Shown in pieces: positions 1 through 11,802 of a DNA stretch of 64,000 nt. A program made the position numbers and the translations under genes. Source of the stretch: Geosiphon pyriformis uo1 (Eukaryota; Fungi; Glomeromycota); the NCBI GenBank assembly GCA_016748015.1, contig JAAOMT010000134.1:1184757-1248756 (forward strand), written 5' to 3'. The notes below the pieces were generated by a model, which saw only the letters and a list, made by a program, of their open reading frames with translations, made no database searches and had not been told where the DNA came from. Positions within the stretch are counted from its first letter, which is position 1, and each line of letters begins with the position of its first letter.

Positions 1-1405
1 TACTAGACCTTGAGCTTTTTGGAATGCTTAAAGAACAGCTTTGGACAGCTTTTGCCTTGTTTTCGGTTTGTAGTCACTACTGTGAGATATGTTTTTTTAA
101 GAAACTTTATTTTATTTCTTTCACTTCCTTTATTGGTCAACAATACCCTTTATCAACCTGGCATGCGTGACCTTTGCAGCCAACCTTTAAAGAGACGTTT
201 GAACCCGAACTTGTAGCCCTCCTACAATTTGCCTTATATCGGTTGTCTATATATGATAGTGACGCTACGTATGGTGCCCAATTGCAGAATTTGAAGTACC
301 GCAACGAGAAAGCTCATGGTGGTGGATGTGCGCGTTGAAATACGGGTTTTTTACGTTGTCATTGGAGTTTTGTTTTTAATATTTCTAAACGCCCAATATT
401 ACTCGAGAATAATTCCCAGAAGTCTAGCTATTAGATGCTTGGCTTCAACTTCCTCACACATTTGTGTTTATCAATAATAAATAGTCCAATCAACGGCCAC
501 CAACGCGCCACTTACCAAATTTCAGCGAATGCTTTATGGTGCACTGAATGTCGGTGGACAATACGTTTGGATGCGTATCAATCGATTGATGACAGCCCAA
601 GGCTGGGGAGAATTGAGAGAGGTGAGCTGTCTATTGTGATGTGTAATATTTAACATTGATTTCGCATTTTGAAAGCTTAATTACTTTTCGTTAGAGTGAG
701 CCGCGAAAGATATTTTGGAAATTTATGCAAAAAGCAGAAAATATTTTTCGAGCGCTTTCCCTTGCTAATTTCTTGTTATTTTTATATGACGGAAAGTGAG
801 TAAAATCTTAGATTCAATTCGAATATCAATTTAGGCTTTTCAATAATTAATTTTTGATCTTTTCTTAGATATCGTACGTTAATCGATCGCGTTCTTTCCA
901 TGAGGCTTGTATATGCTCGTCGCATGATGAGCCGACAAGTCAATTTTGAGTTTCTGAATAGACAATTGGTGTGGCTGGCATTCACAGTATGTATTTCTTG
1001 GCCTTTTTTTAGTTCAAAACAGTTTTTAAATGATTAACCAGTCATATCTCTCGGTTCTAGGAATTTCTTTTATCCCTTATGCCGCTAATTAATCTTCGTA
1101 AAGTGAAAAATATTATCAAAGGCAAAATCTTACCAAAATCTTACACCAAATCCAACATTCTGGATTTTCTGCCAGAGCATATTTGCGCAATTTGCCACGA
1201 AAACCAATCTAGTAGTACATCGGCTTCCTCAGGAGCGACAACTGCTAGCTCCAAAATAAACAATCCTTACGAAACAAACTGCGGCCACAAGTATTGTTAT
1301 TACTGTATAAAAAGTAAACTAATATTAGAGGATGGCACTTGGCAGTGTTTGAGGTGTGGTGAGGAAGTTAAAAGTATCGAAAGAGCAGTAGAACGAAAAT
1401 CATAA
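1..1405 (+). CDS. PEX2: Peroxisomal RING-finger peroxin Pex2, 5'-incomplete. Exons <1-65, 180-327, 485-621, 695-795, 869-986, 1061-1405
   Basis: Manual splicing at GT..AG sites keeps one frame: ..LDLELFGMLKEQLW../PTFKETFEPEL..ATYGAQLQNLKY../..LYGALNVGGQYVW../..NFLLFLYDGK/YRTLIDRVL..RQVNFEFLNRQLVW../EFLLSLMPLIN..CAIC..CGHKYCYYC..CLRC. These are Pex2_Pex12 domain motifs plus a C-terminal RING. Confidence 0.95.
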
Positions 1406-1800
1406 GACCAAGGTGGAATGGAGGCATTCAAGTAAATACAAGGCAAGAGTAGCAGGATTGTAAATGAAAACGAGTAAACCGATTATCCCAACTAGATAAG
1501 AATGAATAGCAAGCTAGAGAATGGAAATTTAGAAAAACGATTTGTTTTTATTTGCTTTGTTTGGGAAATGGCTCAAGCTTTCAAAAATCGGACCCTAAAA
1601 TAAATTCTAGCTAAGTATATAAAAAAGATTTCTTGTGATTATGAAAGGTACTCTGGATTGATATAGATTTGAAAGAATATACGGACACCTCCAAGAGAGA
1701 AGCATAATGATGTAAATTATGTATAGGACGGAAATAATTCATTGAGACAGTGTATTAAAAGTATTTGATCCTGATGACGTATTAGTAGAAGGTACGTGAT

Positions 1801-2444
1801 TTATCCAGTAGTGAGTAAATTTCTTGTCCAGGAACGACTATCAGCGACCAATGCGATGAGAAATGGTGAGTTATGGAGCACATCGAAACGTAAATCTTTC
1901 TTGACACCATGTGCAATTTCTAATTTGGTGTTAAACAAGGTCAAGGCTCCCCACAGGGTGGTCAAGTCTCTTTGGAATGCGGGATTTATATGATAGTAAA
2001 GTTAGGATAGATTTGCAAATATTCTTGGCTCAAGAGTACTCACTCTCGGGGCACCCGAATAATGCCAACGTTTGGTTCACGTTTTTCAGGCTTTATAAAA
2101 GAATCTGAAGTGTTAATTCTGGAGGAATCGGGAATAAAGTCGTCATTAGGCCAGTCAAGAACATCCACATGTATCCCACTTCGTACAACCCCAAAAGCTT
2201 CAGTGAGTGCTCTTGTGATAAGTGTACGCAGTGTAGAAGAGTGAATAAGGGAAAGTGGTTGAGTTGGTGGATCGAGGTAACTAAAAAGAATCCATAAGAG
2301 CACAGGGACTAGTTTTTCTTTGAAATTTTAGACTAGAATTCAAACCAGTTTTTTTATATATTACAGGCGTATCTTCAGGTAATGCCACTCGAACTTTGCT
2401 ATAGTTACTCTGGTGTATTTTATGGGCTTCGATTCGGAGGCCAT
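1801..2444 (-). CDS. RNase P/MRP protein subunit of the Rpp14/Pop5/Pop8 family, about 161 aa. Exons 2444-2365, 2280-2044, 1969-1801
   Basis: Phase-consistent GT..AG introns give MASESKPIKYTRVTIAKFEWHYLKIRL..LRTLITRALTEAFGVVRSGIHVDVLDW..GIIRVPREDLTTLWGALTLF..FDVLHNSPFLIAL. The pattern YL-x-x-x-L / AL-xx-FG-xx-x-x-G-xx-x-D-VL / IIRV / W-x-AL / S-xx-L is typical of Rpp14/Pop8. Confidence 0.75.
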
Positions 2445-2599
2445 TAGTTCGCAAGCAGGATGTAGTTATTTTATAAGGCCAAGAATCGTTATTTTGAGCT
2501 GCAATAGATAAATTGAAAACATAATTTCACTTTGTTTAATTATGAGTTAATTACTGGTTGATTAATTTGCTTTAATCAGGTGTTTTATTTTAAATGATT

Positions 2600-3854
2600 T
2601 TTTGAAAAAGTATTCTTTCTTTATTTAAATAATAGGTCTTGTTGTCTTTTTGATTCTAATTAATGCAAACCTAATTAACAATAGATTTTATATAATTATT
2701 ATATAATATATTTACAATTTAATATCAAAACTTTAATATGTAATTTTTTTAATTACTTAAAAACAATCTAATTTTTTTTAAACTATCTTTAATATTAAAA
2801 AAGCTTGTTTATTATAATAATATTAAATATTCAAAAGTTGATTTACTTAAAGAAATTGTTTTAACAATATTTATTTTATTATTATTTATAAGACCAAAAT
2901 TTATTTCAGTTTTAAAAACAGCAAAATTCTTAAATAAATTAGCTAAAAAAACAACAAAACTATTAATAAAACTTATTATTATATTAATTTTAATTTTATT
3001 TATTTATAACCAAAAAAAACAACTAAAACAATTAAAAAACCAATTGATTTAACAACAAATTTTATTAATATTGTCAAATTAACAATTTGATATTTTAAAA
3101 TATCTAACTTAAAACCAATTATAGTATTAATAATAAATAATAACAAAAACAACCAAAAATAAAAAAAATTAGTAAAACAAACATTTTAACATAAAACTTA
3201 ATATTAACAAAAAACAAATTAAAAACTTTAAAACTACTTGTAAACTTATAAGAAAATTTAAAAAATAACAATAATAATATTTTATAATTAATAATTAAAT
3301 AATATAAACTTTAATACTTATACAAAATAATAGTTTTTAAAACAACAAAATTTATAACTTTCAAAAAATCAAAAATCACAACAGTAAAGTATTAACAATA
3401 ATAAAAATTAAGAAAACAAAGAATAAAACAGATTTAATTATTAAATAATAAATTAAATTACTAATTTTAAAACTATACAATTAAAAAAAGATTAACAACT
3501 TAGTTGTAAAAGTGTTTTTTAACATAATAATTTTTTATTAATTAAACAAAAAAAGTTATTAACACAATTCAAAAAACAAAAATAGTAATAACAAATAAAA
3601 AGTTTTTAAAATAAATAAAAATATATACTATAAACCAATAAGTTTTAACTTAATAAAAGTAATTTCATTAAAAACACCTAAAATATTTTTAATATTATTA
3701 GAAAATATATTTAAAGAAATATTATAAAGTATAATAAAAGAAAAAAAACAGAAATTATTATAAAAAACTGCAATTTTAAGAGTAATTTTGATAATAATAT
3801 TTAAAAAAAACTTTAAAAACAAAATTTACACAAAACAACTTAATATTGTTTTTT
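2600..3854. repeat. Extremely AT-rich hypermutated relic DNA, probably an ancient TE
   Basis: G and C are almost absent and the + strand is A-rich. Surviving C is mostly in AC and surviving G mostly in GT/GC. No credible ORF. Confidence 0.55.
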
Positions 3855-3864
3855 AAAACTAGAA

Positions 3865-6800
3865 GTTCAGAATTAAAGATGTGAATAATACCAAGTAAGT
3901 GGAATTTAAGGAGTGCTCTTCTGCCAAACTCTTGGTAGTAGAGACCATATTCTCTGATGTCAAAATTTAAGGTAATATTGATACTATGTAGATAGTTTTG
4001 GAAAGGATAGTAGTTGGTACAGCTGATGAAATTTTTGCAAGATATTGGTTTAGTGAATTTTAGTGTTCGAAAAACAAACATTTATCTAAGTTTTTAAGAT
4101 TGGAGCTGTTAATTGCTAAGATAATTAAGTATCTAAGCATGGGTAATATTCTTGATTTTAATTATTTCATTGGGAAGTAGTCATCTTTGAATGCTAACAA
4201 AGCTCTTGTGGTGATGAGAATAATTCAGAATAGTGAAAGGTTTATGGACATTTTTAAATATTTGTTTTTGGTTAAGAGAGAATATTGAAAATCCAAGATG
4301 TTTAAATCAAAATTGGCTAAGGAAGTGTCTATTAAGAAGGCAATAGAGAAGCAGATAGAAAAATTTTGTTCTGACAAAAGTGGCATAATTAGAAGCATTT
4401 TGGATTTTTTTTACAAAGTTGTTCTGAATTACTTAGTAGTAGATGATAAATTGGTTTTGGAACCAGAAAAGATTAAGCTCAGTATTAATAGAATTATAAA
4501 AAGTTGGACAAGGAAACAGAGTGTACCTTTAGTAATGTCTGATCTCTGGGTCTGCCAATATCTACCATTGAATTATGTAAAAGATGCTTTCTCTGATGTA
4601 ATGTGTTTAATCAATATGAGTGAGCTGCTCTTAATTGTTAATGGTCTGTCTAATGGCAAAGCCACTGGCTTGTCTGGTATTCTTAATGAACTGTAGAAAC
4701 ATAGTAGTAAGAAAATAATGGGGTGCTTTTTAGAACTATTGAATACATATTTAGTGATTGGAGATGTTTCTGTTTTGTAAAGAAGAGCTTGGGTTTCTAT
4801 AATTCTAAAACCATATGACTGGGATAGAATTCTTACAAACACTTGGCCTATTGCTTTAATTGAAACTGCCAGGAAGATTCTTTTTAAGATTATTTCTGAT
4901 AGAATTTCATCTGTGTACAATAAATTTGGTGTTCTTCGAAGTGATAATTTTTCTGTTTTGAAAAGTATATTTACTCAATCTTTTGTGTTTACAGTTGGTT
5001 CAGTGGTAAAAGATGTATTGGAAAAAGATCAAGAACTTTGGCTAATCTTGTAGAATATGTGCAAAGCATATGACTTGGTTGGTTGGCATTACTTGAAGGC
5101 TAGTTTAAGAAGAATCAAGATGTGCAATAGGTTCATTAAATTCTTTGGTAGTATACACACAAATAGAATTAATAAGATTATAACAGATTTTGGCCTTCCG
5201 GAAGGCTATAGAGTGCATGATGGGTTGAACCAGAGTGAAGTTTTTTTTTCCCTTCTTTGAAAAATCTTTTATGATCCACTCTTATGTAAGGTCAAAAAAC
5301 ATGAACATTTGTGTAGTTATTGGATTGATACTAAGTTTGTGGTGAGAACTGGTAGAATTAAGAATAGTAGTGGTTTGTTTTTATTTTTTGCAGCTGGTGC
5401 ATTTATGGATGACATGATTTGAATTGAAGATTGTCAAGCTTTTATGCAATATGCTCTAAATATTGCCAGTGAATTTTTTTTGATCAATAATATTTCTATC
5501 AATACTGAGAAGACAGTGGTTATTCCAATCAATTAAGGTATTAAGTTTGCTGTTTTGAGTATTAATGACCAGCCCATTTCTATGGTCAAGAAGGGCAAAA
5601 CACACAGATATCTGGGAATTTTTTTGTTAACTGAGAGATTGTTCAAGCTGAGTTTAGCTAGAGCTCATGCTGATGTCTATTTCTTTGTGAATATGGTGCT
5701 CAGAAAGGCTATTATAGATAAGCAGTTCTCTTATTTAGTATTAGCTGTTTTGCAGCCTATTATTAATTATAAAATTCAGTTTAATTTTGTCTTATCAAGT
5801 GTGTACAACAAATTGGATATTATGATCAGGAAGGGCCTTAAGTCTAAAATATGTTTACTTCGAAATTTCCTTAATGAGACTTCACATTATCCTTTGCTCT
5901 ATGGTCTGAAGTCCTTTAAACAAGTACAATTAGAAAGTAAATTGGCTGCTGTGGTCTTGTTCTTCAATACTCCTGGCATCTTTGATTGGTTGTTTCATCA
6001 TAGATTCTTGGATCTGCAAGTTTTGAAGTAGGCTCTCTTAAATCTCTTACAGTTCTTTGTTAAGTTGCTTGTTAGTCTTGTAAACAATTTTCTGGCTAGT
6101 GTGGTTAGAATTTTTTTAGCTAATGAACTGTCTTTGGCAAACAAGTTACTCAATGCTTTTCATTGTTATTCATAGAATATAGGAAGTATATTAGCATATA
6201 AATTAGCCAATTAGAAGTAACTATAGTAAATATGAAATTCCAGGATTTTTTTCAGAAGAATTGCAGGATTCCAAAAATTTCAGGATTCTTATACAAGAAA
6301 TTGCAGGATTCCAGAATTCCAGGATTTCTCTCAAAGAAATTGCAGAATTTCAGGATTTTTGGTGTGAAAAATTGAGGAATTGAGGAATTTCAATTATGTA
6401 TATATAGTGATAGCATTAGAAGTAGAAAAGACAGACCTTTCAGTTTAAGTTTGATTTAAACACCTTTCTATTTACAAATATCAATAAATAATTATTCACT
6501 ATTACAATCTACTCTTCACTATTAACACTCTATGTTAATAGCAATTGATACTTAACCACACTAGAACAATAGCTCTTAATTATGGCTATTGACAGAATAC
6601 TAATATTCATTGTCTTGGCTTATTTCTTTATTTTTTCTTTTATTTTTCTTTCTTTTATTTTGCTTTGTTATTTTGTTGTTGACCAAATTGATTAAAAAGA
6701 GTAAAAGCGCTGAGTTATTGACATCAAAAATAAGTCTAGTAAAAAATTCCAAAAGAAGGGTATAACATTGAAAATTTTAGGATAACTTACCAGAAGAGCA

Positions 6801-8795
6801 TTTTTGCCAGATTACCGGCCATTATGCTAAGAAAAAAATTTGATGGAATTGTGATTTTGAGAGGCTACTGAGAAGACAACAAGTAAATTTCTATCTATTA
6901 TACAAAAGACTTAACTAAAACCTTCAGATTACAGAAATTTTTGGGAAACCAACATCTTTACCATCAATTGAGCACCAAGTTATGAATTTGTTATTTGCTT
7001 TGAGACTCCAAATAATCATCTATAACATTATAGTCCTGGTGTTTTCTTTATATTATCTATTCTTGGGAAGACTTTGTAGCTTAGTTCTGTTCAGTTTTTA
7101 AAATGTTTTGGAGTTGCTTTTAGTAATAAGCTTTTTGATAAAAAAAGCTGTGTTATGGATTGGAAAACCTTCTGTTGGTAGAAGAAATTGGATTCCAAAG
7201 GCCTTGTTTCTTACTGGTTTAATGTTACATCAAGGTTTCTGCACAGTAATAGCTTTTTACCACCAGTTCTGTCTGTTTTTTTTCAGCTTGATGGGTTAAG
7301 CATTTTGAATTCTAGTAAGTTTGCCAAGATACAAGATGGTTTATGTAAGGTTTGGTCTGGCTCATTTGAAGTTTATTTGGATGGTTTATTAAGGAATGCT
7401 GGTTTTGATGGTGTGGTTAGTGGATCTGCTGCATATTTTCTAGCATTGGACATAAGTATTGGTGTAGGGGTGTATGGTCTTGCCTCTTCTACTATGGTTG
7501 AGTTGCAAACTGTTGCTTTGTCTCTGGAGTGTGTGCCATCTTCTTGTTTTTTAGTTTTATATCTTGACAGCCAAGCAGCTATCGATGCATGTGTATCAAA
7601 AATGGCATTGACAATACCTGATTTCCACAACAAATGCTGAATTGTGAGGAGACATATTTTTAATTTAATTAGGGATAAGGATTTCACAGTTTGTTGGGTC
7701 AAGGTCAAGGGTCATTTTGAAGTTTATGATAATAATAGAACAGATGTTGCTGCTAGTGTGGCTGTTGATTCTTCTTTTTATTTGCTGATGAGTATGTGTG
7801 AGCATTTTTTGATGGCTGAGGATACTGCTGTTTCTGGCAATACTCGCTATTTTGTTAGAGATGTTTTCCAGTTTGTTTGTCATGCTTAGTGGGAAGCTGG
7901 TTTTGGTTGTAATGTGGTTCTTGGTTTGATTGTCATAGATATTAATTGGGACTTTACTACAAAAGTCTGACATCCAAACTCACACTTGTTTGTTGATTCT
8001 ATGAGTCAAAAGTCATCTAATCTTTGCACTTACCTAATAAAAGCAGTTCATGGGCAATTGTTTATGGCTGTTAGAAAGAGTTTGTATAATAGAGGTTATC
8101 CTGGTGTGCTGTGTTTATTGTGTAATAAGGTGAAATTGTCAGATTATGTTTTCACTTATAGTTAAGATATTGGTGTTTAGAGTGAGATTTTGGTGAAAGC
8201 CTTTACACATTGGACTGCTTTAATGGGTGCTCTTGATCTGTTTTCATCTTTTGTTATTTTAAAAACACACTCTTTTTGTTTGGTGAACTCTGGGACTTAT
8301 GCTGTTGTATGCAAAAGATTTGTGCTTAAGGATTGATTAGCTGAAGCCATTGGGATTTTTGATTGTAGAAGGAGAGCTGTCTCTACTGTCATTGATTTTG
8401 TGAAATATCTAGTAAAGCTGCATCATTCCAGGACTTGGCCGCTGAAGTCTAAATTCAGAGTTGATATGGAGAAGGCTGGTTTGGTTGGAAATGATGATGT
8501 TGTATTAGGTTTGTCTTGTAGTTTAGTGTTTATTTTTTCAGATAGTATGGTCAAAATGCTTGGTATTGTTGAGTCTTTTGCTGTTAGTTTTGGTCATTAG
8601 AGGTTTTGTCTTTTTTATTCTGGTTTGGGTGGTAATATTTATGTTTATATAAATGTATAGTGTTGCTTTGTCTGGCCTAAGTGATTAGCCATATGTAGTA
8701 AGTACATGAGTTACATTTAGTTTGGGCCACTTAGTTTGGCTCTATGTACTAGATAGCAGTTGGGCTTTATTTATTAAGCTTTAATAAAAAAAAAA
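3865..8795 (+). mobile_element. 5'-truncated non-LTR retrotransposon (LINE-A), degenerate ORF2 with RT, RNase H and a CCHC-like finger, interrupted by a solo LTR at 6164-7027
   Basis: RT motifs PYDW..PIALIETARKI, MCKAYDLVGW, GLNQSEVF, AFMDD. RNase H motifs VYLDGLL..STMVELQ..YLDSQ..WVKVKGH. Stop at 8658-8660, then a conserved 3' tail and poly(A). Probable TSD aaaactagaa / aaaaccaaaa. Confidence 0.9.
6164..7027 (+). mobile_element. Solo LTR, family B
   Basis: TGTTA..TAACA ends and a 4-bp TSD TCAT/TTAT. Splits LINE ORF2 at NAFH|SPG. Homologous to 40754-41710 and 46383-47337. Tandem GAATTCCAGGA-type repeats precede a TATATATA. Confidence 0.88.
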
Positions 8796-9800
8796 CCAAA
8801 AATCTTTAAAAAAATATAGCAAAAGCTAATTAAAACTCTAATTTTGATTTATTTAGATTATAACAAGCTATTTATTATTATAATTAATATATTTAAAAAC
8901 AGTATTATTATAATAAAAATTTAATAAATAAGAATATTTAATAATATATATCAAGAATATCTTAAATTTAGTAAAATAAAACTATAAAACTTTAGTATTA
9001 AAACATTTAATAACTTATTAAGCAGTTATAAAATAAAATAAATATCTTAATAAGTTATTTAATATTATTTAAAAAAAATTAATAAATAATAAAAATATTA
9101 AATAAAAAACTGTACTTTTATATTTTAAATATTAAATTTATTATAAAAAAAAGAGAATAAAAATGTTAACAACTTGTTAAAAATAAAACAAATATAAAAA
9201 ACATTAATTTAATATTACAAAAATATTAAAATAAATAATGAAAAATTATCTTAAAATAAACAATAAAATATATTATCAATCCAAATATTATATTATCTAT
9301 TAAAACATATTATATTAAAAAAATCAATAAAAATTCATATATTAAAAATAATAAAAAAACAAAAAAAAACAATTTTGTTTAATATATATTCAGATTTAAT
9401 AACAAAATATTTTAACTAGAAATTAATACTTAAAAAAACCAAAAAAATATATTATTGACTTATAATATATCTAAACATAATATAATATATATAAAATTAT
9501 AATATCTATTAAAAAAAATAAAGCCAAGCAAATTATTAAGACCAATTAAAATTAATTTAATTAGAATTAACTTAGTTAAATTATTATTTATAATATTTAA
9601 AAACAATTAATATATTATTATTATTATAAATTATTTAACTAAATAACCAAAAGCCAAAGCAATCTAAAAATCAATACTAAATTAATAATTAAATTTGTTT
9701 ATTAAAACTTGATATATTAATATAAATGTTCAAAAAAATTGTTATTTGATCAAAAAACTTATTTTTTAAACAAAATATTGGCTAAAAAATAATAATAATA
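8796..9800. repeat. AT-rich hypermutated relic DNA
   Basis: Same composition as 2600-3854 and probably continuous with it before LINE-A inserted. Confidence 0.5.
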
Positions 9801-9948
9801 TAAACTTCTTTTTCTCTTACATCTAAAAATTTCCAAAGAGTGTTTTTCTAAAAAAGAAGTTTTTTATTTTTTTTTGTTAGTTTATTTCATCATTTTTCTT
9901 TCTAATAACTGTTTTTTTGTTGACTTAAAAACTGTCTTTGATAGCAAC

Positions 9949-11802
9949 ATGCCTAAAAAGAAAGCATCTAAGAGTGTTTTTTATGGTCCTGCTGATGGCT
10001 TCTTTTTACAGAAGAAGAAAATTGTGCTTGAAAATGTCAAACACTTAGGTAATAAAAAAGATATTTTTTTGAACAAATCTGGGCTTGGTAATAACATATT
10101 TTCTAATATAGATAGTTTGTTTGGTGATAAAAAAAGTGCTAACATAACTGGTATTAATGATGAGTCTTTTCTGGATTTGGCTGTTAATACTCTCAAGACA
10201 AAGCATGTTAATACTGGTGCTGTTTTCAGTTCCCCTCTTGGTTCTTCCAATTTTGATATAAATAATGATATGGTTTTTTTTTTTTGCTTGTCTATCTTTC
10301 TAAACAAAAAATTAGTTGACCCAAAAATTACCAAGACACAAGTAGAAGTATCTGTCAAGAAATCCTTTACTTTAGACATTAATCTCTCAACAGTAAATAA
10401 CAAATCAGCAACAGCAAAGATGCAATTAATCAGAAAATTATTTTTAACTGTCAATGGTTTTGGAGAGGCTACTATTTTTTCAAAATTTGAAAAGATCATT
10501 TAATTAATCTTTACTTTAGAAAAAAGCATGGTAATAGCCATGTTATTGGTTAGAAAAAAAGAGATCAATGTAAACAGTAATCTTAAGAGACAAGAAATAA
10601 AGTCAGATTAGGCTGTGGTGATTAAAAAAATTCTCATGAACATGTCTAAAGATATGATTGTTGTTACAGTATTCGAATTTGGAGAGATTAAGTTAATCAA
10701 AATTCAATTAATTAGAATATGATAGAAGACTATAGTGGAATTTGCCAAATCTAGTTATGTTAATATGTTGGCTGTGAAATGGTCATTCTTAATTGAGAAA
10801 AATTCTGTATAAGTGGCCAAAGCTGTAGAAGATCATAATATCTAGGCATCAAGAGATCAGTTTAGAGCACTTTTGTTTATACTGTCTGTAAGAACAACAG
10901 CTTATGATTTGGACACTTTGTTAGAAGGAACTGGTAGGAAAACTTGCATTATCAATTATTCACTTGAATTTGGTAATAGAGTTTACTGTGCTGTGACTGG
11001 CTTTAAATCTAAGAAGGAACTTGACTCTGCTTTTTGCACAGAACTGATTCTTGGTAGTATTAAGCTTTCTTGGGCTAGATTTGATTTGGTTTGTTGTAAG
11101 AAGTGTAGGAACTTTAGTCATTCTGTCTTAAAATGTAATGCACCAGATACATTAGTTATGTCTTCCACAAAACCTTATAAAAGATTTGTTTTGGAAATAA
11201 ATCATCTCCAGTTTGCCAAGTTATATGCAAAAAAGAGTGTACCAATCTCTTGTTTTGTTGCCTTTGGTGACAAATTCTGAGCACAAATAGTTTTAATTGC
11301 TTTTGCTTCTTCAGAAAGTTCTTAGTTCAATTCTGGTTCTGGTTTTGGTGCTCTCTTTTCTAGTGTTTTATATGATAGAGTAAACAATTTAATCTCTCAA
11401 AATGGTTCCCTGATTGATAATTATCTGGCTTCTTTGGAATATTCTTTGGAGCTTTTGGCTAATCAAGTAACAAGTATTATAAAAAAATTAAGTATGATTG
11501 ACCTGGTGCCTTAAGTTTCCATTTTTCAATTTTTCTCTTCTGTTGCAATTGTGTCTTTGAGTTTGAATTCAAATTCGAATATAGTTCTAGATATTCTACA
11601 AGTTTTCTTTATATCCCTCTTCTTAATTCTGAATAAAGCCACTTTGGCATTGAGTTCAAGCAATTCAAAAATTTTAATCTCCAAAGTGGGCAGTCTAAAG
11701 TCAAAATTATTGGCTTTTGAGACATCTGTAAGTTCAGTTTTGGTAAAGTTAGATTTGTTATGTGTCAGTTCAGTCTCATTAGCATCAACTTTTTTTCAAT
11801 AA
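9949..11802 (+). pseudogene. LINE ORF1 (gag-like, RRM-like region plus CCHC knuckle), multiple stops
   Basis: MPKKKASKSVFYGPA..; DQFRALLF..GRKTC..CAV..F; zinc knuckle CKKCRNFSHSVLKC; C-terminal coiled-coil-like segment. Confidence 0.85.

Noticed and set aside
6570-7027. Possible small ORF within the 3' half of the family-B LTR
   Set aside because: Contains stops, and indels and duplications between copies do not clearly preserve frame. It cannot be supported by eye.
9981-10499. Long antisense ORFs over LINE and half-LINE ORF1s (also 17325-17819, 18897-19406, 56783-57346, 57707-58123)
   Set aside because: Shadow frames of T-rich sense codons. Starts and stops are not conserved between copies and there are no motifs.
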